Part shown: piece by piece, positions 1-10,796 of the stretch | Numbering within the stretch: the stretch's first letter is position 1 | Layout of the letters: each line of letters begins with the position of its first letter | Assembly: GCA_965200245.1 (NCBI GenBank) | Contig: CBDATS010000005.1 | Span: 96,001 to 160,000 of the forward strand | Origin: a bacterium | Lineage (GTDB): Bacteria > UBA8248 | DNA: 64,000 bases | Direction: 5' to 3' | Notes under the pieces: model-generated | Told to the model about the DNA's origin: nothing | The model's input: only the letters and a program-made list of their open reading frames with translations | The model's database searches: none | Program-made: the position numbers and the translations under genes

Positions 1-139
1 ACCCACGCAACTCCACCTTGTCGCCTTCTGCCAAGGCACCCATGATACTACCGAAAAAGATATTGACGATGCACTCGGTATCCTTTTTCGACATATTGAT
101 CTTCTCTGCAATCTGCTCGACTAGCTCGGCCTTGGTCAT
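1..139 (-). CDS. ihfB: Integration host factor beta / HU-family DNA-binding protein (5' part, runs off window)
   Basis: Manual translation MTKAELVEQIAEKINMSKKDTECIVNIFFGSIMGALAEGDKVELRG; conserved cmk-rpsA-ihfB order. Confidence 0.85.
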   Translation of the reverse strand, partial: MTKAELVEQIAEKINMSKKDTECIVNIFFGSIMGALAEGDKVELRG

Positions 140-353
140 GAGTATTAGCATCACCCTACTGAAATCGAAGTTCGCTGAATACTATCGCGTTTCGGAGAAC
201 ACGGGGTTCGGCGTTCTGGATTCGGCTTTTCGAGCAACATAGTCGCCGACTCCAAACGATAACGCCCGCCCACACCGAATCCCACGACCGGTGAATCGGT
301 CTGATGGTCAAAAAACGGAGAATCCCCTCAGGGTTTTCGTCCACTTTGCTTGA

Positions 354-2186
354 TTATTCCGTTTTTTCTTCCTCTTCCGCTTCGGGCGCAGCCTCCGTCG
401 CTGCCATTGCTTCGGGTTCGCCCTCCGCTTCACCTGCTCCTGTATCGTCTGCTTCCGGGGCAGGGGGAGCCTCGTTTACCTCAAGCGTCTCTTCGGGCTT
501 AGGTACGCGGCTGATGAGTGCCTCCTCACCGGTGGCCTCCACATAGGCGCGGATACTCAAACCCAATTTTCTTTGTTCGCGATCAATCTTGATGACACGC
601 ATCTTGAACACGTCGCCCACTTGCACCACATCTTGCGGCTCTTTCACCTTTTCCGAGTCGAGTTCGGAGATATGAACCAAACCCTCCAAATCTTCTTCTG
701 GAGCGGCGAATACGCCGAAGTTCGTTATTTTCGTGATTTTCGCCTCGATGTTGTCATCGACCGCATAGCGCTCGTTGATGTCGTCCCAGGGATCCGGAGT
801 AATTTGCTTCATCCCGAGAGAGAGGCGTTCCTTCTCGACGTCCACGCTCAAAACAACCGCCTCGATTTCCTGACCCTTGCGTAATATCTCGGAAGGGTGC
901 TTGAAGCGCTGGGTCCAGGAAATATCCGAAATGTGAATGAGTCCGTCGATGCCCTCGTCCAAGGCGACGAAAGCACCGAATTCCGTCAAGTTCCGTATGC
1001 TGCCCGTCACGCGCATTCCTACGGGATACTTCTCTTCCACCGTGGTCCACGGGTTCGCCTCCACCTGTTTCATGCCCAGGGAGATGCGACGGCCCTCCTT
1101 GTCGAGGTTCAAAACAACAGCTTCCACTACGTCGCCCACCGCGACAAATTTCGAGGGATGGCGCACCCGCCTCGTCCAGGACATCTCGGAAACGTGCACG
1201 AGGCCTTCGACACCCTGTTCGAGTTCTACGAAAGCACCGTAATCAGTGATGGAGACAACCCGTCCGCGAACCTTGCCGGTTACGGGGTATTTGATTTCCA
1301 CATTCTCCCAGGGATCCGGTGTGATCTGCTTATGACCCAGGGAGACTCGCTCGCGCTCCTTGTCGTATTTAAGCACGATGACCTTGACGCTGTCTCCGAT
1401 GGAAAGGAACTCGCTCGGGTGGCTCACACGTCCCCAGGACATGTCCGTGATGTGAAGCAGACCGTCGATTCCACCCAAGTCGATGAAAGCTCCGTAGTCA
1501 GTGATATTTTTAACGACGCCGACCTTCTCCATGCCTTCGGTGAGATTGGCGAGAGTTTCGCGCTTGAGTTCCGCTCTTTCATCCTCCAGCAACACGCGCC
1601 TGGAAAGAACTATGTTGCCGCGCTTTCTGTTGAGCTTGATGATCTTCATGTCGAAAGATTTGCCGATAAACTGATCGAGGTTTCTCACCGGCCTCAGATC
1701 GACTTGGGAACCCGGCAAAAAGGCCTTGAGACCAATGTCGACTGTAAGACCGCCCTTGATCCGGGCGACCACTTCGCCCTGGATGATCTCGTCGTTCTCA
1801 TGGGCATTGCTAATCTCGTCCCATATCTTGATTCTATTGGCCTTCTCTTTCGAGAGCACGATCAGACCGTCATCGTCCTCACGCTCCTCGACAAAAACCT
1901 CCACCCTGTCGCCGGGATTGAGATCCCGTCCGCGGCTCGGGAACTCGAAGCGGGGCACCAGGCCCTCCGATTTGTAACCTACATCCACCAACACATAGTC
2001 GCCTTCGATCCCCACAACCGTTCCTTCGATGATTTCGCCGTCCTGAACCTGCATCGTAGAGGCGTAGAGATATTCCATTTGCTCGGGAGAAAGTGTGTCG
2101 GGGTCCACCTTGTCCGGGAGTAGTTCCGCTACCTTCGCTGAGAGATCTGGCAAAACCCCGGACTCATTAGAGGAAGTTTCATTCAT
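354..2186 (-). CDS. rpsA: 30S ribosomal protein S1
   Basis: Six S1 repeats (DYGAFIDLGGIDGLLHITDMSW etc.), acidic C-terminal tail. Confidence 0.98.
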   Translation of the reverse strand: MNETSSNESGVLPDLSAKVAELLPDKVDPDTLSPEQMEYLYASTMQVQDGEIIEGTVVGIEGDYVLVDVGYKSEGLVPRFEFPSRGRDLNPGDRVEVFVEEREDDDGLIVLSKEKANRIKIWDEISNAHENDEIIQGEVVARIKGGLTVDIGLKAFLPGSQVDLRPVRNLDQFIGKSFDMKIIKLNRKRGNIVLSRRVLLEDERAELKRETLANLTEGMEKVGVVKNITDYGAFIDLGGIDGLLHITDMSWGRVSHPSEFLSIGDSVKVIVLKYDKERERVSLGHKQITPDPWENVEIKYPVTGKVRGRVVSITDYGAFVELEQGVEGLVHVSEMSWTRRVRHPSKFVAVGDVVEAVVLNLDKEGRRISLGMKQVEANPWTTVEEKYPVGMRVTGSIRNLTEFGAFVALDEGIDGLIHISDISWTQRFKHPSEILRKGQEIEAVVLSVDVEKERLSLGMKQITPDPWDDINERYAVDDNIEAKITKITNFGVFAAPEEDLEGLVHISELDSEKVKEPQDVVQVGDVFKMRVIKIDREQRKLGLSIRAYVEATGEEALISRVPKPEETLEVNEAPPAPEADDTGAGEAEGEPEAMAATEAAPEAEEEEKTE

Positions 2187-2285
2187 GTGTATGTGTTACC
2201 TCGTTCTGGGAAAAGAAAAATTTCCGCTTCCGCTCAAGCGCCCGTCGCTATCACGGTCATCGGCATCGAACTGGCAGCACAATTC

Positions 2286-2314
2286 ATACTACACCCGAGA
2301 AAGATGAGAATCAA
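2286..2314 (-). promoter_or_regulatory. Putative sigma70 promoter for rpsA
   Basis: Minus strand TTGATT-17 nt-TAGTAT about 100 nt upstream of the rpsA start. Confidence 0.45.
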
Positions 2315-2322
2315 CCAGTAAC

Positions 2323-3036
2323 TCAAGAATCCTCAATGACTTCCCCGTAGACCGAACGGATTTTCTCTATCATTACCTCAAGTACCCGGTCAACGCCCAT
2401 ATCGCTCGTATCGATCTCTTCGGCGTCTTCGGCCTTGCGCAACGGTGCACTGGCCCTGTGGCGGTCTCTCTCGTCCCTGCGTTTCAAGTCTTCACGCAGA
2501 CGTTCGGGGTGAAAGGAGACTCCCCTCGCCTGCAGTTCAGCGAAACGTCTCTCAATTCGCACCTCGATATCCGCGTCGAGAAAAAATTTGAGCCCGGCCT
2601 CCGGGAAGACGACCGTTCCGATGTCGCGCCCGTCGATAACGGCTCCGCGTTCTCGGCCGAAATTCCTCTGAAAATCGAGCAACGCCTCGCGCACTCCCGG
2701 AATCGCTGAAACGCGCGACGCCATATCGCTTATCGCTTCATCGCGAAGCGCCTCGGTAACGTCTTCTCCATCCAAGACGTTCTTCCACTCACTTCCCTCT
2801 CTGCAGCATTTGAAACGCAAATCACGCGCGGAATGGATCGCCAGGCTCTCGAAATCACCTTCCCGGTTTTTTCTCAAAACCTGATATCCCACTGCCCGGT
2901 AGAGTGCGCCGCTCTCAAGATAGTCAAAACCCAGTCTTTCCGCGATTCCTTTCGCTGCCGTGCTCTTGCCCGAACCAGCGGGGCCATCGACTGGAATGAC
3001 TATGCCGGACGATTTTCGGCGCGATTTTTCTCTCAA
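2323..3036 (-). CDS. cmk: Cytidylate kinase
   Basis: DGPAGSGKST P-loop, GALYRA, DGRDIGTVVFP; start uncertain (TTG 3036 overlapping tyrA stop, or ATG 3060). Confidence 0.95.
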   Translation of the reverse strand: MREKSRRKSSGIVIPVDGPAGSGKSTAAKGIAERLGFDYLESGALYRAVGYQVLRKNREGDFESLAIHSARDLRFKCCREGSEWKNVLDGEDVTEALRDEAISDMASRVSAIPGVREALLDFQRNFGRERGAVIDGRDIGTVVFPEAGLKFFLDADIEVRIERRFAELQARGVSFHPERLREDLKRRDERDRHRASAPLRKAEDAEEIDTSDMGVDRVLEVMIEKIRSVYGEVIEDS

Positions 3037-3899
3037 GCCCAACCCTTTTTTCGCGCCCATTCGTCCCGACCTTCCTTGGCCTTCGAAAAAGCGCACTCAA
3101 GCGATTCGGAATTCGCCTCTTCCAGCATACGGCGAAGGTCAGTTAACTCCCGCTCGAACCTGTCCAGCGCCCCTAACAGCGCCTCCTGGTTGTCCTCGCA
3201 GATTTCGCGCCATACCTCCGCGCTCGAGGACGCGATACGGGAAAAATCCCGAAATCCGCTCGCCGCATGCCGCAGCGCCCCACCATTGATGGCAGTGTTC
3301 ACCATGGCGTAGGCCACGAGGTGGGGGAGGTGACTGATATCGGCCATCACGTTATCGTGGGTCTCAGGGTCGAGAAACTCTACGTTTGCACCCACCCCCT
3401 CCCAAAGCGCGCGAAGGCGTTCGATTGATTCGGGGCGCGTTCTTTCCGTCGGTGTTAATATAGTCTGGTGCGCTTCGAAGAGAGAGGAGATACTCGCCTC
3501 AACACCTGACTTCTCACCGCCTGCCACAGGATGGCTCGCCAGGAAATTCACATCTCCCAAATCCATCGCTTCCACTGCCCGTATATAGGGTGCTTTTACG
3601 CTGCCTACGTCGGTGAGCAAGGCTCCGGGAGCCATTTCCGGCAGAATTGCCTCTGTCACCCCTACGGCAGAACGTACAGGTGTACACACCACCACGAGAT
3701 CCGAATCGCGCACCGCCACAAGGTGATCCGTCTCGAAGCTATCCACCACGCCCAGTTCCAACGCGCGCTCTAGGTTGCCCAGGCTTCTGCCCGCGCCGAC
3801 GAATCTCGAAACGAGACCCCGCTTCCGAGCGGCTCGGGCCAACGAGCCGCCGATGAGCCCCACACCAATGATGGTCATCTGCTCGAAAAGCACAACCAT
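3033..3899 (-). CDS. tyrA: Prephenate/arogenate dehydrogenase
   Basis: IIGVGLIGGS Rossmann motif, TDVGSVK, HPVAGGEKSG, SHLPH, GFRDFSRIA. Confidence 0.95.
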   Translation of the reverse strand: MVVLFEQMTIIGVGLIGGSLARAARKRGLVSRFVGAGRSLGNLERALELGVVDSFETDHLVAVRDSDLVVVCTPVRSAVGVTEAILPEMAPGALLTDVGSVKAPYIRAVEAMDLGDVNFLASHPVAGGEKSGVEASISSLFEAHQTILTPTERTRPESIERLRALWEGVGANVEFLDPETHDNVMADISHLPHLVAYAMVNTAINGGALRHAASGFRDFSRIASSSAEVWREICEDNQEALLGALDRFERELTDLRRMLEEANSESLECAFSKAKEGRDEWARKKGWA

Positions 3900-3951
3900 G
3901 TCCTTTGTATTTTACCTATAAAATACATCAGGTTATATTCGCATCTATCTG

Positions 3952-5046
3952 TTATATATGATCATCTAATTCTTTGTGTAACGCATTGATGACCGTCTCG
4001 TTCTCCTGCGGCGTGCCTATGGAAATCCGCAAGTGACGCGGAAAACCGTATCCCGCAACAGGTCGCACGATGACGCCTTCTCTCAATAACGCTTCATACA
4101 CTCGACTCGCTTCGCCCACCTCGACCATCATGAAATTTCCCTGTGTGGGCACGAAGGGGAGCCCCATGGCCGATAGCTCGTACACGAGATACTCCCGGCC
4201 CTCGGCGTTCATTGCCACCGATCGATCAACGTGCTCTGTGTCCCTTAAGGCGGCCTGCGCGGCAACAAGAGCCAGGGAATTCACGTTGAACGGCTCCCGG
4301 ACGCTTTCCATCGCCTGCGCGACTTCCTGATCCGCCACGCCATATCCGACGCGCAGACCAGCCAGACCATAGACCTTCGAGAAGGTACGCAAGACGACGA
4401 GGTTCGGGAATTCATCCAGCATCCGGGTGGCGTCGGGATAATCCTCAAGGTGCGCATAGTGGCAATAGGCCTCATCCATGACAAGGAGGGTGGATTGCGG
4501 AATTTTCAGCAGCAACTTCCGTAGTTTTTTCTCCCGCACCGCCGTACCCGTGGGGTTATTCGGGTTCGCGAGGAAGACGATTTTCGTCTTCTCGCATACC
4601 AGGTCGGCCAAGGCATCGATATCCTGATGATAATCGCGCATCGGCGCGCGCCTGATCTCACAGGAACAAAGCTGCGAGACGATGTGATAGACGATAAAGG
4701 CGCCTTCCGAGAAAACCACAGGGTCTCCGGGATCGAGGCAGGCGTGTGCAAGAATCTCCAGAACCTCGTTCGTTCCGTTGCCGAGGACGAAATTTTCAGG
4801 CGCCAGTCCGTGGTGTTCAGCCAGCGCGTTCTTGAGATAAAAGCCTCCGCCGTCGGGATAGCGGTGCAATTCCCCGACAGCACTCTTCACGGCTTCCAAT
4901 GCCTTCGGTGAGGGGCCTAAAGGATTTTCGTTCGAGGCCACCTTAATCGAGTCGGCGATGCCGAGTTCGCGTTCGAGTTCCTCCACTGGTTTTCCAGGCT
5001 GGTATACGATGATGTCTGAAACGGGCCGTGCCCTTTGAAATTTCAT
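3952..5046 (-). CDS. hisC: Histidinol-phosphate/aromatic aminotransferase
   Basis: YQPGKP, ASNENP, NPNNPTG, DEAY, RTFSKVYGLAGLRVGY. Confidence 0.95.
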   Translation of the reverse strand: MKFQRARPVSDIIVYQPGKPVEELERELGIADSIKVASNENPLGPSPKALEAVKSAVGELHRYPDGGGFYLKNALAEHHGLAPENFVLGNGTNEVLEILAHACLDPGDPVVFSEGAFIVYHIVSQLCSCEIRRAPMRDYHQDIDALADLVCEKTKIVFLANPNNPTGTAVREKKLRKLLLKIPQSTLLVMDEAYCHYAHLEDYPDATRMLDEFPNLVVLRTFSKVYGLAGLRVGYGVADQEVAQAMESVREPFNVNSLALVAAQAALRDTEHVDRSVAMNAEGREYLVYELSAMGLPFVPTQGNFMMVEVGEASRVYEALLREGVIVRPVAGYGFPRHLRISIGTPQENETVINALHKELDDHI

Positions 5047-5104
5047 CCCCGCTGCTCACCCTCCGGCGACGAATAGAGCCACACGCCCGAAAAAACCGCT
5101 GAAC

Positions 5105-5953
5105 TCAACCTACCGATTCCCCGTCTCTCGTTCTTTGCAGCACCGGGTATGAACCCAGCACACGAATAAATTCCACAAGACTCCTCAAATCCGAAATACC
5201 CTTCGCAACTGCCTCGTCTTCCACGAATCCGTCGATATCCATGTAGAAGACATACTCCCACGCTTCCCTGCGCGAAGGACGGGATTCGAGTTTCGTCAAA
5301 TTCAGACCACGCCCGGCTATGGGCGCAAGCGCCTTGTAGAGCACGCCCGATTCGTTCGTCAAACCGAAGAGCAGACTCGTCTTCGAGTGCGTCCCGCGCT
5401 CAGGTTTTTCAGTTCCGATGACGAAAAAACGCGTTACGTTGATGACCTCGGAATCGAGCTTTTCCGCAAAAATCTTCAGGCCGTAGAATTCAGCTGCCAG
5501 CCGGCTTCCCAAAGCCGCGAGTTTCGGTTCCCCGGCGGCCATCTTCGCCGCCAAGGAGGTGCTCCAGACTTCTTCTATCTTTACACCCGAGGCATTTTCA
5601 CGAAGCCAGCGACGGCATTGGGCCACCGCATGTGGATGGCTGAGGATGCACTCCACATCCCCGATGGATTCTTCGTTCGTAAGCAGGTGGATGTCGATGG
5701 GTAGACGGATTTCACACTCCACCAGCAAAGGGGATTCCAGCAGCCTGTCGAGAGTGATGTTGACTGTACCTTCTATCGCGTTCTCGATCGGAACCACGCC
5801 CCACTTCGAGCGGCGGCCCTCCACCTCATCGAACACGGCGTCGATATTCTGTACGGGCGTGAGAGTCGCCTCCTCGCCAAAGCGCAATATGGCAGCCTCG
5901 TGCGTAAAAGTGGCCTCAGGTCCCAGATAGCTGACTCTCGGCAAATCGTTCAT
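5105..5953 (-). CDS. pheA: Prephenate dehydratase (PDT + ACT, no chorismate mutase domain)
   Basis: YLGPEATFT, VVPIENAIEG, SHPHAVAQC, TRF, LTKLESRP. Confidence 0.93.
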   Translation of the reverse strand: MNDLPRVSYLGPEATFTHEAAILRFGEEATLTPVQNIDAVFDEVEGRRSKWGVVPIENAIEGTVNITLDRLLESPLLVECEIRLPIDIHLLTNEESIGDVECILSHPHAVAQCRRWLRENASGVKIEEVWSTSLAAKMAAGEPKLAALGSRLAAEFYGLKIFAEKLDSEVINVTRFFVIGTEKPERGTHSKTSLLFGLTNESGVLYKALAPIAGRGLNLTKLESRPSRREAWEYVFYMDIDGFVEDEAVAKGISDLRSLVEFIRVLGSYPVLQRTRDGESVG

Positions 5954-6104
5954 GACACAACACTCCGCTTCAAATAACAACGCCACTGAAACCGCGCTAT
6001 CCTACCCCAAGGCCCGGCAATTGTGAACGCCCCGAAGCTCTGGCAAACTTGCCCCGGTCCGCCAGCGCCGGCAGACATTTCTTCTCGCATTCATGAGGAA
6101 AGGT

Positions 6105-7238
6105 ATGAGGATTACAGACATTGAAACATATATGCTCACCGGCCCGCTCGAGGAGCGGGGCCACTGGGTCAGCCATTACCCCGTCCACCAAGCGAACGAG
6201 TTGCTGATAAAGATCAAAACCGACGAGGGACTCGAGGGTTTCGGTCTAGGCAGCAGCCGTTTGCTCATCAAGGGTGCGGCAGAGATGTTCAACGAAGGGC
6301 TCAAGGAACTTATCGTGGGCGAGGACGCGCTCGCGCCCGAGAGGCTGTATGAGAAGATTTTCTCCATTACCCACCAGAAGCTCGCCTACCTCAAGGAATG
6401 GTCGCGAAACGGACTGCTCATCGCAAGCGCGGCCCTTGACCTTGCCATGTGGGATATTCTGGGAAAAGCCTCAGGCCTGCCCCTTTTTCGCCTCTTCGGC
6501 GGGTACCGTGAGAATGTGCCCTGTTACGTCACCTGCGCCTATTACCGTGACGGGAAGGATTTAGCCGAGTTGCGCGAAGAGATGGAAATGCTCCGCGAGC
6601 AAGGACACAAGTCGTTCAAGGCGAAAATCGGCGGCGCCTCACTGGAGGAGGACATGGAACGCCTGAGAGTCATCCGCGACGTCATCGGCGATGAAGCCGA
6701 GCTGATGCTCGACGTGAACAGCGCCTGGGATTTGCCCACCGCAATCGAAGGCGTACGCCTGCTCCAGGAGATTCGCCCCCGCTGGCTCGAAGAACCCGTG
6801 CGCTGGTTCGACGACAGACGGGAACTCAATATCCTCACACGAAAGACCGATATCCCCCTATCCGCCGGGGAGAGCGAACTGACCGGGCACGGCGTGCGCG
6901 CGCTGCTTGAGGAACAAGCAATAGACATCGTGCAGTTCGACTGCACACGAATGGGCGGGTTTACCATGGGGAGAAAGCTCGCGGCTCTGGCGGAACTCAA
7001 CCACGTGGAAGTCGCCCCACACCACGATTGCTTCATCCACTCCCACATCGTGGCTGCCTCGCCCGCAGGCTGCATCGTGGAATCTTTTACGGATCCGGAG
7101 CGCGACCCACTGCAGGCCGAATTGTTTGAGAATCCTCCCCGTATCGAGAACGGGACGCTTTACCTGAACGACGCGCCGGGCCTGGGACTCACCCTTTCGG
7201 AACGAGCGATAGAAAGATTCGGAACCCGCATCGCGTAA
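6105..7238 (+). CDS. Mandelate racemase/muconate-lactonizing enzyme family protein (enolase superfamily)
   Basis: DLAMWDILGK, KxK (FKAKIG), metal ligands D/E/E (LDVN, WLEEP, AGESE), APHH; RBS GAGGAAAGG. Confidence 0.9.
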   Translation: MRITDIETYMLTGPLEERGHWVSHYPVHQANELLIKIKTDEGLEGFGLGSSRLLIKGAAEMFNEGLKELIVGEDALAPERLYEKIFSITHQKLAYLKEWSRNGLLIASAALDLAMWDILGKASGLPLFRLFGGYRENVPCYVTCAYYRDGKDLAELREEMEMLREQGHKSFKAKIGGASLEEDMERLRVIRDVIGDEAELMLDVNSAWDLPTAIEGVRLLQEIRPRWLEEPVRWFDDRRELNILTRKTDIPLSAGESELTGHGVRALLEEQAIDIVQFDCTRMGGFTMGRKLAALAELNHVEVAPHHDCFIHSHIVAASPAGCIVESFTDPERDPLQAELFENPPRIENGTLYLNDAPGLGLTLSERAIERFGTRIA

Positions 7239-7394
7239 GGGGTCCGATCAAAAAATTTCCCAAAACACGGATTTCTTAATCGATATAGCGCACAAACCGG
7301 CTCCCCCTTGCGGGTTGTGGTCAACAGACGAGGAAGAAGATCCACTGCACCACCTGAGGCAGAAATCACGCTCCCTCCCTTGGCCGAATGTTTT

Positions 7395-7630
7395 ATGCAC
7401 GCCTACACCACGCATCACCACAAGCCGGCCATGGGGAAGGTCTTCGTGATATGAGACTGGAACGGAGACTGTCGTGGAAAAGATGGATGCGACATCCCTT
7501 GAGTAAGGCGGTACTTGGTTCATCAGGCTCAAATCTGAAAATTCCGGCGACCCACCCTTTCCAAGCCTTGCCAGAGTAAAGTCCCCGTTCTCGAAAAGGT
7601 ACTATGAGTGGTGGGAAGAGTGAAAGGGCA
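7395..7630 (+). pseudogene. Possible decayed S24-peptidase/repressor C-terminal domain
   Basis: Pieces across frames: KPAMGKVFVI, ETVVEKM, FIRLKSEN..PPF, VPVLEKVL*VVGRV; several stops and shifts. Confidence 0.3.
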
Positions 7631-7680
7631 ACGCTCCAGACGTATCCTGCATTCAGTTTCTGCTACGCGCCTCCGGCGCA

Positions 7681-8414
7681 CTACTCGTCGATTTTTTCTC
7701 TATGTTTTTCGATGACCATCATAGCCTGTTCGCGATCTTCCGGGTCTTCCGCGCGGCGCGCGGTATCTATGGCAGCTTCGATTAGCCCGACTTCCGCCTG
7801 CTCTATAGCGATATCCCGGTAAGCCCAGGAGCGGTAACCCCGCCTGCGGCATAAAGAGCAGCGGGAAAATCTCTTGCTTTCGCCTGACTCGTGGCGATTT
7901 CCTGCAAGGCCCATGAACGCCAGGTAGGATCGCCGATTTCACATGCACACTTAGTGGCGACAACAAAATCTCCTGCCTTGGCCAACTCCATGACATCTCG
8001 CCACGCTTTTTCGGAAACGTTTTTTTCGTCCCGTATATCCTCGACCGCCTTCAGTGCAGCTTTCAACAAATAGGAGTCGAGCCGAGTGTCGGCATTGCTC
8101 GGAATGCTGGGGAAGTGCTTGAGTGCCTGGATTTGTTCGTCAGTGTCGTCGATGCGGCGTATCGTCTCAAGGGCTTCGTCGACTAGTCCCGCCTTTACCT
8201 GGGCGATGGCGATTGCCCGCAAGGCGGAAAGGTAAAAAAGAGAACTGCCTATGTCTCTCGCGGACTCCATGGCCTCCTTGAGGTTTCCCGCCTCCGCCAG
8301 TGAGACAACAAGATCAGTTCTCTCAATAGAGTGCTCGGTGACTTCGTTCAGGAATCGAGCAATTTCAACCTCAGGCGCCAGCTTTTCCCCGTCAACTGTC
8401 CCCCCGCTTTCCAT
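7681..8414 (-). pseudogene. Helical-repeat (TPR-like) protein, frameshifted near 7836
   Basis: Repeat unit AKAG...A...A..I.D...RSWAL..IA continues in a second frame (YRSWAYRDIAIEQAEVG). Confidence 0.7.
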
Positions 8415-8585
8415 TGAAGCCGGACCTGCCTCCTCAACTTTCCCCGACCCCCAAAAAATCGACTTAAGTTTTGGAATATTCTTTTCATTGTATTCTCTTA
8501 ACTTCCATAGGGCAGGAATTCTCCCAAAAGCAAAAGTGAGCGTTCACATACGATCAATGCGTAGAAATCACCTTAAAGGGCATTA

Positions 8586-8759
8586 TTACACATTCTTTTG
8601 TTCTAAAAAAGAATAATTCGTTATTGGCGCCCTTCTTCTTCGAAAATTGTTGATTGCTGGATTTTCGGAAGATTGCTTTTCAATACAAATATCATCTGCA
8701 GGGTTATTTTCTTCCAGTCTCTTGCGAACAATCGCTTCTGTCCTTCTTTCATTCACCAT
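8586..8759 (-). pseudogene. N-terminal remnant resembling BcgI-like/type IIG restriction-modification subunit
   Basis: 57-aa ORF MVNERRTEAIVRKRLEENNPADDICIEKQSSENPAINNF..., RBS AAGGA, AT-rich DNA; similarity recalled, not searched. Confidence 0.4.
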
Positions 8760-8953
8760 TTCCTTACACCCTTGCTATTTTGACTTCCAGGTGGATTTAT
8801 GGCGCAGAAAAACTGCTCTTTTTCTTGAAAGCAGGGTATTTGGAGGGAGGTTAGTTTACTTGCGGCTTGCGGCCCCAGCCTCAATATAACAAGGATTATA
8901 TTTTCCATGCGACCCAGTCATTATTAGCCTCTTTCTCACTTTTCCTCGCAGTG

Positions 8954-9094
8954 CTATCTGGATTCGGCCGCTATACGTGCAGACTCATTCACTGACACGC
9001 TCTTGATATCATGTTGTTCCCACTCACCAGTTGCAACATCCACAACAAACTTGACGGGTTGATTGCCATCAAGTGGCCTTTCGGATTTTTTCAT
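8954..9094 (-). pseudogene. Truncated small basic protein of the RPxDxNQLAKxxVDxATGE type (often beside IS elements)
   Basis: 46-aa ORF MKKSERPLDGNQPVKFVVDVATGEWEQHD... Confidence 0.4.
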
Positions 9095-9813
9095 AGGTTA
9101 CAGTATAATGCTATAAACATTGCATAATACGCAATATTCACAGCAGACGGTTGGCCCCTCCCGGCGAGAGTCTAGCTGCCTCTATGACAGCAACTACTAC
9201 TTGACCTTCCAACTTGCCAGTCTCCACATTCTCAATAATCTTTATGTGGTGGTGGCCACCCAGTGTATAGTATTTGAAAGGCGCGTCTTCTTCCCGCACG
9301 ACCTGGAACAGTTGATCCGGTTTCGGGTTCTCACCGCACAGGCGGCCTTGATCTGCTTTTTTCCTACGCCCTCGCGCGAACGCTCAGGATAGAGCGGTTT
9401 TGCGAACGCGACCTTCGCGTTTCCGCTGCCGTAACTCCCCAGGTGTTCCATATCGAATTCCCGGATTCGGTGGCCAACGATTTTCTCCATTTGTTTCGCC
9501 GTGAGCGATTCGAGGAGGACCCTGTGGGCGCAGACATCCCTTCCTTCATACGAGATGCGTCCATTGGCGTTTTCACCGCAAAAGGCCCCGCTGTTGCAGA
9601 ACGCCGGCCATACACCCTCTCTCCCTGTTCGACTCAATATGTTGAATCATGAAATCAGGGATTGTTCAACGATTTCATCAAGGGGAACATTCCGATCCGT
9701 CGTCCATAGCCATCGGGTACGAAGAGGCTGTATGAGACAGGAATTTCCTGAATTTGAAGACACAAGGGTATCCCGATTTGACAACCGACGCATTCAGGCA
9801 GCCAGTTCAAGAC

Positions 9814-10704
9814 TTATAAATATTTCCTGAACCAGTCGATGGCCTCGACCATACCGATCTCGTGATGATCGGGACTACAGAAATAATAGGACTCGTAATG
9901 CTGCGCACCCGGCAACTTGACGATTTTCTTCGGCTCCCCGCAGGCCTCGTAGCAACTGATTTGCTCCTGTACGGGCACGAGAAAATCGTTTTCCGAATAG
10001 ATAAACAGGACGGGGCGCGGGGCGATTCTGTCGGCCACCCATTCGGGCTTGTAGCGCCAGCAGGCTTCCGCGCTTTGCAAGTCGTAATCCTTCACGTAGT
10101 CGCCGTGCTTTTGGTGGTTCTCCTGGATGACCTTGAGCGTATGAGGGTCGCAAAGCATGATCTCGGGCAGCGGCATGGTGGTCGGCTCGCCTGTGGTGAC
10201 GCGCTTTCGGGCAGCCTCCATAACCGTCTTCTTGAAGGAATCCCACTCGTGCGGTCTTCTTACGGAGCGCATCCAGCGCTCACCCTCATGCACCCCCACC
10301 GAGGAGACCACCACCTTCACCCTCTCGTCGAAAGCCGCCACCCAGATGGCGTTCGCCCCGCCGAAACTCGTACCGTAAATGCCGATTCGATCGGGGGCCA
10401 CGCCTTCGACAGTCTCCATGTAGGAGATGGCGTCGTAGGTGTCCTGCGCCTGCTCAAGGGGCCGCTGGCGACCTCTCTCACCATCACTCTTGCCGAAACC
10501 ACGGTGATCGGGAGCCAGAATGAAATAGCCCTCCTCCCAGAGGCGCCTGGGAACGTCCATTCCGTAGACCTCCTTCATCCCGCTGTAGCCGTGCAGGCAG
10601 ATGATGGCAGGCCTGGGCGGATCCCCCTCGCTCCAGTCTTTCGGGGCATAGAGATGGGCCGCGATTCTGAGGCCGTCGCTGTAGTAAACAATCTCATCGT
10701 ACAT
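9814..10704 (-). CDS. Alpha/beta hydrolase
   Basis: CLHGYSG, DHRGFGKSDG, nucleophile elbow GTSFGG, D (ENDFLVP) and H (AQHY) of the triad. Confidence 0.9.
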   Translation of the reverse strand: MYDEIVYYSDGLRIAAHLYAPKDWSEGDPPRPAIICLHGYSGMKEVYGMDVPRRLWEEGYFILAPDHRGFGKSDGERGRQRPLEQAQDTYDAISYMETVEGVAPDRIGIYGTSFGGANAIWVAAFDERVKVVVSSVGVHEGERWMRSVRRPHEWDSFKKTVMEAARKRVTTGEPTTMPLPEIMLCDPHTLKVIQENHQKHGDYVKDYDLQSAEACWRYKPEWVADRIAPRPVLFIYSENDFLVPVQEQISCYEACGEPKKIVKLPGAQHYESYYFCSPDHHEIGMVEAIDWFRKYL

Positions 10705-10796
10705 GCAGGTTTCCCCTCCAGGCGACGCTGCCGGACGCCGAACGAAAAATGAAATCGGAAAATCTCACTGACGAACCCACCGAAGGATACGTTCCG

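Noticed and set aside
897-2123. Long antisense ORFs (also 20343-21527, 23710-24768, 58956-60185 and others)
   Set aside because: Shadow frames of well-conserved genes in GC-rich DNA; no recognisable motifs
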